A stretch of 56,450 nucleotides of DNA, from the IMG/VR virus record IMGVR_UViG_3300005083_000004. One strand, written 5' to 3'. Shown in pieces: positions 50,066-56,450 of this stretch (position 1 is the first letter of the stretch; the number at the start of each line of letters is the position of its first letter). Under the pieces are notes generated by a model that was not told where the DNA came from, searched no databases, and worked only from the letters and a program-made list of their open reading frames with translations. The stretch is from an uncultured virus (IMG/VR IMGVR_UViG_3300005083_000004) (lineage: Duplodnaviria > Heunggongvirae > Uroviricota > Caudoviricetes). The position numbers and the translations under genes were made by a program.

Positions 50066-51460
50066 TTAAGATTGTAATTGACTTGTTGCAGGGTCAAATG
50101 TGATTGTATTTGCATTATCTGATGATATGAATATTTGTTCATATGTTGGTGCAAATACTGTAAGATCCCACGATATTAAAATATTCGTTGATGTGGCATC
50201 ATAAAAATTTAATGTTATCGGTTTCGAAAATGGCATTTGCAATTGGTGATAACTATAGATATTTTCAGTTGGATCTTTATGACGTGATACTGCCACAACA
50301 TGTCCAATTGTAGTCGCATCTAAACCATAATTTCTCATCCATGTTATATCTAATTCCATATCCACATTTTTAACAATTTTTTCTTCTGCATTTGTATATA
50401 TATCATCCCATGTAACATATGAGAAAGTAACCTTACTGTTACCTGTATCACTATGAACAACTCTTAATGCCAATAATCGATCTTTAATTTTCAAAATCGT
50501 CGTATAACTTAAAATTTTGGCATATGTTGTCGTTGTTAAATCATGTATATATCCACAATACGTATTAGCTCCATAAGTTCCTATTAACCTAGGTTCTATA
50601 TAATTATCTTCTTCGAATGCATTAATTATAACTGTACTTGGTACATGCCCACTTAAACTCCATACAAGACTCATTGTATCGAGATTATACATATATCGTC
50701 CACTTGAAGTAGTTGCTAATAATGCATGATTATCTCCTATCCAAAGTTGAACGTCAGATCCTCCTATTTGATATGGTGTCATTGATATTGTGCCACCTGA
50801 AAAATTAAAATCAGGATCATTATTTAATTGATCCGTTGTCGGAAATCCTAAATGTGAAAGATCAATTTTAAATACATACGTTCTAGCTGAAGTACCAACA
50901 TATAGACCAACAATTCTTTGATGTTGTGGTTGATATATTATGCTACTTAGATATGTGACTAAACTCGGATTATAGGATGCTCCCAAATTATATTCAGCAC
51001 TTGGAATACCATCTAATAGTTGTTGCTTATTATTAAATATTAAAATATAAAAACTTTCAGATGTTATACATGCAAATATAAATGGAGCAGTCATATTAAC
51101 AAGAAATACATGATCTGAATTATGGAAATTTGTTAAAGGAATACTTATATCCTCAAGTATTACCCGATCATGTGTACTATTATTTGCAGTTAATAATTTG
51201 ATATTATATACACCATTTGATGTGTCAGTTTCACCATATAATATTCGATTGTTAAAATATGTATATGGTATTCTCCAATATGAATTTGTTTCAAATTGAG
51301 GTATTATTGTTAACAGACTTGATAGTGCGTCATTATTTGCCAGATAAAAAGATTGATTGTTAGACGGAACAGATTCTGGCCATCTATATTGATAACCGAT
51401 TAATTGTTTATTTAATGTCTTTAATAAACTCGATAATTGTTTTGATGGAATATATTGCAT
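50066..51460 (-). CDS. Beta-rich hypothetical protein, possibly virion/receptor-binding
   Basis: 464 aa, AAGGAG SD, late motif at 51488-51503. Confidence 0.6.
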   Translation of the reverse strand: MQYIPSKQLSSLLKTLNKQLIGYQYRWPESVPSNNQSFYLANNDALSSLLTIIPQFETNSYWRIPYTYFNNRILYGETDTSNGVYNIKLLTANNSTHDRVILEDISIPLTNFHNSDHVFLVNMTAPFIFACITSESFYILIFNNKQQLLDGIPSAEYNLGASYNPSLVTYLSSIIYQPQHQRIVGLYVGTSARTYVFKIDLSHLGFPTTDQLNNDPDFNFSGGTISMTPYQIGGSDVQLWIGDNHALLATTSSGRYMYNLDTMSLVWSLSGHVPSTVIINAFEEDNYIEPRLIGTYGANTYCGYIHDLTTTTYAKILSYTTILKIKDRLLALRVVHSDTGNSKVTFSYVTWDDIYTNAEEKIVKNVDMELDITWMRNYGLDATTIGHVVAVSRHKDPTENIYSYHQLQMPFSKPITLNFYDATSTNILISWDLTVFAPTYEQIFISSDNANTITFDPATSQLQS

Positions 51461-51487
51461 ATAAATAAATCTCCTTCATATTTTATA

Positions 51488-51503
51488 TTATCTCAAAAGT
51501 TTT
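51488..51503 (-). promoter_or_regulatory. Putative late promoter AAAAC-N8-TAA
   Basis: AAAACTTTTGAGATAA, one mismatch from the 12537 site. Confidence 0.6.
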
Positions 51504-51536
51504 TCTCAAAAATTCATATTTATTTGAATATTAATA

Positions 51537-51572
51537 TAAAAAATAATAGGGATATATCCCTATTATTTTTTA
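51537..51572. terminator. Intrinsic terminator
   Basis: Palindromic AAAAATAATAGGGATATATCCCTATTATTTTT. Confidence 0.75.
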
Positions 51573-51609
51573 TTAAAATAAAATTTCAATTGGCTAATTG
51601 TTAATTTGA

Positions 51610-52359
51610 TCAATTATTATGATTTAATATGATCATCAAATTACTTCCATAATGACGGTATAAAGTTCGTAATATATCATCCCATTCATCAACACTAACA
51701 GATGCATTATTGCGTATTGTAACTAAATAATGTTTACTATTCTTATCACTATAATAAAGACGTAATCCATTATTACTTTTAATCAAAACATCATTATCAT
51801 ATAATTTACCTTTTTCAATTTGAATCTTCTGAATATCTGATTTAGGTTTGTCTTTTTCAATTTGAATCTCTTCTTTCGACTTATTTTTATCAATATCTCT
51901 ACAATATTTAGTACAGCATTTTGGGAATAGATATTTGTTACAAAATTCCGTCTTTGAATCTGCATAACCTTGGCTAATTATATCACTGATAGTGATTTTT
52001 CTTAGCTCTGATTTTTTATTATTTGATTTTCTAGTTGATGTTAATGTCTGTATCAATTTATCAATCAATACATCTACATTTGGATCATCATGAAGATTTA
52101 AAAAATCGAGACTTATTTCTTTATAATAGATTCTACCTAATTCACTGCCATATAAAGGTGTCATTGAGAAATTCGGAACAGAGATATAGTCGGTATTAAG
52201 GAAATTGATAATTGTTTTAAATATGTTATCGTTAATATAATTAAATAATATACCTGTCACTTGGTCAGCATATTTTTTAACACCTATTATGGAACCATAT
52301 TTATTACTCCAATCCCAATCATGTTGTCCGCCTTTAGATGCTGCTAATGTTATTATCAT
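51610..52359 (-). CDS. Hypothetical protein
   Basis: Start at ATG 52359 after AAGGAG; follows the C69 peptidase gene. Confidence 0.65.
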   Translation of the reverse strand: MIITLAASKGGQHDWDWSNKYGSIIGVKKYADQVTGILFNYINDNIFKTIINFLNTDYISVPNFSMTPLYGSELGRIYYKEISLDFLNLHDDPNVDVLIDKLIQTLTSTRKSNNKKSELRKITISDIISQGYADSKTEFCNKYLFPKCCTKYCRDIDKNKSKEEIQIEKDKPKSDIQKIQIEKGKLYDNDVLIKSNNGLRLYYSDKNSKHYLVTIRNNASVSVDEWDDILRTLYRHYGSNLMIILNHNN

Positions 52360-52376
52360 TTTTTTTTCTCCTTTAT

Positions 52377-54071
52377 TTAATAATGGATAGGACCATTTCT
52401 CCATTCAGTTGTCATATAATCTAGCCAATCACTTGCGGTTTCATCGGCATTAATATATCCAATACTCTCAACTGAATTATATTGTAATTTAAATGTTTGG
52501 TTATACATAACAGATATTTTTATATATAATTCTTTCCAATCATCCAAGCATCGATATTGTTCATTATCAAATTCCCGATAAATATTATCATTAATTATAA
52601 AATTACTAACTTTTCTAATCATTCTTTTAAATCTCTTATCTATGATTTGTTGTAATTCGTTAACTAATTTTATTTTATGTGAATACATATGCGATACTGA
52701 TTCTTGAACTCGATTAAAAATCCACCAAGCTTTATCTTCATCATATATATTTGGTAAAGTCTTAGTAAATCTTTCATTGACATCATCAACTAATAATGGA
52801 ATATATTGAGAAGAACATGGAGTTCCTAATGATAACCAACAATATTGTCCAATATAAGGATTTATTTGAGCTGGATTTAATTCATTTATAAATGCATATC
52901 CGGTATAATAATGGCAGATTGGTCTCTCCCATGCACCGTCAATATTTCCTATACCAATATCTCCACTAAGATCATATTTCATTGTATTAGCGCGATGAGG
53001 ATATTTCCATGGTCCTGCTGTCAATCCTTTGGATAAATCAAATTCGGTACCTTCATAATGATCACGATAAATAGATTGAATTTTTTCCAATGTAATTTTC
53101 TCATCTGGTTTAATTGTAAATGGATATTCATATGTTAAACCATTTATAACATTACTTGGAAGATTTAGTGATGGAGCTAATAAATCAAATGCTCTCCATA
53201 CTCTTCTCAATGAATAATATGGATGATTATATTCTCCCTTACTAACAGTTGCTAAAAAATCTAATTCATCTGTATTAAAATCAGCAAAAATTTGTAAACC
53301 TGCAACTTGATTATTATCAAATCCAAGATTATTTCTATTTATGGTTCTTGTACGAAATTCATTTGCTGCAAAAAATACTTCACCATCAGGAACTCTCGTA
53401 GCTACCCAATATCCGCCCAATTGTTCACCATCAGAATTTGGTTTAGCTGGAGCCATTTCAAATACCCATGCTTCCCCTGTTTTACGATCTGCCATTGGAA
53501 GACATTCTCCGGTTCCCCAATAACCATATTCTTCAATCAAATTGCCCATCAATGTAATTGCATCTCTACAATTATCACATCTTTCAAGAGCAATATTTGA
53601 TAATTCATCAGAATAAAATAATCTTTTGACTACACCTGATCCATCATCATTATCTGTAGGACCAATTTGAAATAATGTTCCATTTGTACATTCCCCAAAT
53701 GCTAAACCTACTTCATTAACAATTCCATATGATCCTCTCAAATAACCATAAGTGTTCTTAACATCTGGAATATAGCCTAATGGAATTGATTCTGCATATA
53801 ATCTACCATAATTATTATCTTTTCCAAAATATTTTGTGTTCAAACGAGGATAAAAATAACAATTAAATGTCGGATATTCTTGTAATGCTGCTGGATTTGC
53901 ATATACAGGGCGATTAATTCCAACACTATTTTTTCGTGGAGGACAATAAGTAATAGATTGATCCATTAATTCATTATCATCACTATGAAAAACAAGAGCA
54001 TTTCCTGTATCAGTAGATGAAGCAGGACAACACCCCGTTGTACAACTTTTACGAATATATTTAGTATTCAT
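52377..54071 (-). CDS. C69-family dipeptidase (PepD/secernin-like Ntn hydrolase)
   Basis: S|CTT nucleophile, HSDD, YGIVNE.GLAFGECT, IALERC...RDAI.LMG.LIEEYGY..TGE...AD..EAWVFEM, ANEFR, YSLRRVWR, RDHYEGTEFDL, WERPI. Confidence 0.9.
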   Translation of the reverse strand: MNTKYIRKSCTTGCCPASSTDTGNALVFHSDDNELMDQSITYCPPRKNSVGINRPVYANPAALQEYPTFNCYFYPRLNTKYFGKDNNYGRLYAESIPLGYIPDVKNTYGYLRGSYGIVNEVGLAFGECTNGTLFQIGPTDNDDGSGVVKRLFYSDELSNIALERCDNCRDAITLMGNLIEEYGYWGTGECLPMADRKTGEAWVFEMAPAKPNSDGEQLGGYWVATRVPDGEVFFAANEFRTRTINRNNLGFDNNQVAGLQIFADFNTDELDFLATVSKGEYNHPYYSLRRVWRAFDLLAPSLNLPSNVINGLTYEYPFTIKPDEKITLEKIQSIYRDHYEGTEFDLSKGLTAGPWKYPHRANTMKYDLSGDIGIGNIDGAWERPICHYYTGYAFINELNPAQINPYIGQYCWLSLGTPCSSQYIPLLVDDVNERFTKTLPNIYDEDKAWWIFNRVQESVSHMYSHKIKLVNELQQIIDKRFKRMIRKVSNFIINDNIYREFDNEQYRCLDDWKELYIKISVMYNQTFKLQYNSVESIGYINADETASDWLDYMTTEWRNGPIHY

Positions 54072-54101
54072 AATACATAATCTCCTTTTTATATATAAAT
54101 T

Positions 54102-54117
54102 TTATCTCAAATGTTTT
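54102..54117 (-). promoter_or_regulatory. Putative late promoter AAAAC-N8-TAA
   Basis: AAAACATTTGAGATAA upstream of the peptidase. Confidence 0.55.
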
Positions 54118-54127
54118 TGCATATTAT

Positions 54128-54168
54128 AATAAAAATATTGGGGAGATTAACTCCCCAATATTTTTATT
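54128..54168. terminator. Intrinsic terminator
   Basis: AATAAAAATATTGGGGAG-attaa-CTCCCCAATATTTTTATT. Confidence 0.8.
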
Positions 54169-54595
54169 GAGATTTACTTTTATTAATATCTGCAACAGCT
54201 TTTTCAATTGATGAGTCTATTAAATTATCTAGTATATTTTGATCTATACCAATAACTTCTAATAAATTTCTCCCAGTTGTGGTTTTTGGAGTTGGAAGCA
54301 TTGCAATAAGAACTCTTATAGCGTGTTCTTTAATATCATTCTTTTCTTCTTCAGTCAATTTTCCATCAGCAGCAGCTTCTTTACATTTATCAACAAGAGA
54401 TTGAGTTTCAGTTACTGCTTTATCAGCAAGATCTTGAATCAATGATAAATAATATTGAAGTGTCTCATTTGTTGTAGTTGTTGAAATCTGAGTAATTTTA
54501 GCATCAATTAAAGTTTTTAATAATTTTCCAATATATAACACTGTCGGAATTACAATAACAGTTATAACTGTACCTAGTATTTGACTATAATCCAT
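54164..54595 (-). CDS. Holin-like protein (LL-H type)
   Basis: Single N-terminal TM helix; AVTETQ..VD..K....DGKLT.EE...IK...IDS.IE.AV pattern. Confidence 0.65.
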   Translation of the reverse strand: MDYSQILGTVITVIVIPTVLYIGKLLKTLIDAKITQISTTTTNETLQYYLSLIQDLADKAVTETQSLVDKCKEAAADGKLTEEEKNDIKEHAIRVLIAMLPTPKTTTGRNLLEVIGIDQNILDNLIDSSIEKAVADINKSKSQ

Positions 54596-54616
54596 AATTC
54601 AAATTCCTCCTTAAAA

Positions 54617-55627
54617 TTAAATTGAGAAATCTATATCACTATTTTTCTCTTCTTTTTTATTATTAGAATCTTTCTTTTTTTCTTTAGTTTTATCAAATTC
54701 TGTTGATGTTTTTGGTAACGGAGTTTGATCAACATATGAAGTATTATCATATTTAACTCGCCATTTTTCTGCTAAAACATCCAATTTATCAGCGATTTTT
54801 GTTTGTTTATTAATGATTTCAGATTTTTTATTTGGATCAATATTTTTTCTGTTTTCTAATCTTTTAATATTACTTTTTAACAATTGACTTTGAATTTCAA
54901 AGAAATCTGATATTTTGGTTTTTATCTTAAACCATAGATATACAATATCACGCAAAAATATAAATATAGTAATTAATGATCCAATAACAATAAGCGGAAT
55001 AGCAAACCATGCTAATTCTTGAATTAGTTCAACATCTTCTTTCATAACAGGACGATCATCTTTAAATGATGTCTGATTATTCAGATAAGTTTTGTATAAA
55101 GGACTATCAATTGTATCTACAAATTTCTTTATTTTGTTTATTGTTTTAAATTCAAAATTATTTATTTCTAATATTGCTTTCGATAATATATCAGATGTAT
55201 AAAATGATAATGCATATAAAGTTAATGAATATTCGGTTTTTAAGACTTCATTATTTTGTTCAAATGCTTTTTTATAATAATCTGTATTTTTTTCTAAAGT
55301 CTTACGAATTTTTATTAGATAATTATTTACTTCTTTGATCTTTCCTGAATTATAAGATAATACATTATGAGTATTTAATAATTCAGCATATCTATTAAAT
55401 AATTTTATATCACCTTTACTTGATGCAATAGTTGGATTACTTTTAATAAATTCTTGATATTTTGAAGTTACGTCGGAAATAAGTTTCTCAGCAAATGATC
55501 TTTGTTTAGGAGAATCTTTTCCAAATGCTTCAAAAAAATCATTATATTCGTTATCACTATCTTCACTATAATAATTAGCATACAATGTTGCTGCTTCTGA
55601 TAGTAATATATCTTTATTATCAATCAT
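54617..55627 (-). CDS. Putative head/virion protein with a TM-like segment and coiled coil
   Basis: 336 aa; SKGDI motif; hydrophobic AWFAIPLIVIGSLITIFIFLRDIVYLWF. Confidence 0.6.
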   Translation of the reverse strand: MIDNKDILLSEAATLYANYYSEDSDNEYNDFFEAFGKDSPKQRSFAEKLISDVTSKYQEFIKSNPTIASSKGDIKLFNRYAELLNTHNVLSYNSGKIKEVNNYLIKIRKTLEKNTDYYKKAFEQNNEVLKTEYSLTLYALSFYTSDILSKAILEINNFEFKTINKIKKFVDTIDSPLYKTYLNNQTSFKDDRPVMKEDVELIQELAWFAIPLIVIGSLITIFIFLRDIVYLWFKIKTKISDFFEIQSQLLKSNIKRLENRKNIDPNKKSEIINKQTKIADKLDVLAEKWRVKYDNTSYVDQTPLPKTSTEFDKTKEKKKDSNNKKEEKNSDIDFSI

Positions 55628-55646
55628 ATTATTTTTTATAACCTCC

Positions 55647-56450
55647 TTATTTAGAAATTACTTTACGAAGTTCTGTTGTAATTGCAGCATCCATTGTATT
55701 TTTAACTTTAGATTCAATTGTGTTCATTGAATATGTGGCAAAACTAGGATCTATACCTGGATGATATATCTGCATTTTCTCATTAGATTCATCGACAATA
55801 ATATATGTTATAAACTGTAATTTCTTAGTTAATTTATCAACCGTATCTAAATCAACTAAATCAAATCCACTTTCATCTTTAATTTTATTAACCAATGATT
55901 GAGATAAAACTAGAGTTGCATTTGGAATTGCTTTTATATGAGTTCCCAATAATACATCAGTTATCTTACTGAGTATATTATTTCTATTAGCTAATCTTTT
56001 TAATGTAACTAACCATTTACTTCCCATATCATTTTTACGAGAACTGATATCAATCGCATCTAATTTAGCAGCATCTACATTAACTAAGAAATCACGTATA
56101 AATTTAATTTCACCCGTTGTGGCACGAATTAAATTTGTAAACCATTCTGAATCATCTAGTATTATTGGAAATTTTTCAACAAGAATTTTACGCTCAATTG
56201 AATGAAAATGAGTTTTAACTCCAAGAACAATATCAATAGGAGCTGAAAGAGTCCCTTCTTCATTATGTGTATAAATTCTTGCAACAATTGGATATGGTTG
56301 CAATGAATTTAATTTTTCATATGAAAAATTTTTTATTATATCCCTTACAACTTGTTTACCTTGCATAAAATTATCTTCTTCTCTTTCTGCTTGTCTTCGT
56401 TCATAATCTTGATCTCTTTCTGCTTGTCTTCGTTCATAATCTTGATCTCT
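55647..56450 (-). CDS. Putative head/virion protein, 5'-truncated by the window edge
   Basis: Frame is open to 56450 (RDQDYERRQAE x2, REEDNFMQ...); EKLNSLQP...LGVKT..H...TTGEIKF.RDF...IPNATLV resembles jumbo-phage structural proteins. Confidence 0.6.
   Translation of the reverse strand, partial: RDQDYERRQAERDQDYERRQAEREEDNFMQGKQVVRDIIKNFSYEKLNSLQPYPIVARIYTHNEEGTLSAPIDIVLGVKTHFHSIERKILVEKFPIILDDSEWFTNLIRATTGEIKFIRDFLVNVDAAKLDAIDISSRKNDMGSKWLVTLKRLANRNNILSKITDVLLGTHIKAIPNATLVLSQSLVNKIKDESGFDLVDLDTVDKLTKKLQFITYIIVDESNEKMQIYHPGIDPSFATYSMNTIESKVKNTMDAAITTELRKVISK
56380..56450 (-). repeat. 33-nt exact tandem repeat encoding RDQDYERRQAE
   Basis: TCTCTTTCTGCTTGTCTTCGTTCATAATCTTGA at 56380-56412 and 56413-56445, with a third copy starting at the window edge. 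Confidence 0.9.

Noticed and set aside
51811..51870. 17-nt direct repeat TTTTTCAATTTGAATCT (IQIEK twice)
   Set aside because: A small in-frame duplication in a low-complexity linker, with no evidence of function.
21130..52404. Listed upstream starts at 21130, 21634, 23439, 23986, 26970, 33884, 39194, 40105, 44138 and 52404
   Set aside because: They run through other genes, terminators or promoter motifs; downstream ATGs with clear SD sites were chosen instead.
618..53600. Many short antisense or alternate-frame ORFs nested in long genes (e.g. 646..969, 15532..15882, 16835..17149, 36084..36431, 53307..53600)
   Set aside because: Shadow ORFs of real genes, with no SD and no recognisable motifs.
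56380..56450. 33-nt repeat as a CRISPR array
   Set aside because: The copies are contiguous with no spacers and are in frame within a CDS; no cas genes are seen.
1..56450. Stop-codon reassignment
   Set aside because: Long ORFs tile the window under the standard code, and genes end in TAA, TAG and TGA next to terminators or the following SD.
1..56450. tRNA, rRNA, group I intron or intein
   Set aside because: Intergenic gaps are short and AT-rich with no cloverleaf seen. The RNAP, polymerase and helicase ORFs are continuous with no obvious intein termini; a covariance/HMM search would be needed to exclude these fully.

Overview
AT-rich, gene-dense fragment of a jumbo bacteriophage of the phiKZ/AR9(PBS1)-like supergroup, from a scaffolded assembly with four N gaps. 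It uses the standard genetic code with strong GGAG(G) Shine-Dalgarno sites; these, a SpoVG homologue and an LL-H-type holin suggest a low-GC Gram-positive host (inference). Recognisable genes: two different multisubunit RNA polymerase beta-like subunits (1426 aa, probably virion RNAP; 538 aa, probably non-virion RNAP beta-N), a split family-B DNA polymerase subunit, a tubulin/FtsZ-family GTPase in a compact five-gene operon, RusA-like resolvase, UvsW-like SF2 helicase, T4 gp21-like prohead protease, SpoVG, CTP synthase, a membrane-anchored lytic transglycosylase, a C69 (Ntn) dipeptidase, a holin, a Zn-ribbon/Vsr-like endonuclease, and many tail, baseplate and head proteins. The intergenic DNA shows two promoter-like motifs that partition the genes: TATATATTAT before non-structural genes, and AAC-N7-8-TAA mostly before virion genes. 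There are also 13 near-palindromic bidirectional terminators. Best candidates for new biology: the tubulin operon, the two-RNAP promoter cascade (with a possible uracil-DNA link), a SUKH-like domain on a putative head protein, and a CTP synthase with a rewritten substrate motif. All family calls are by-eye motif recognition; no searches were run.
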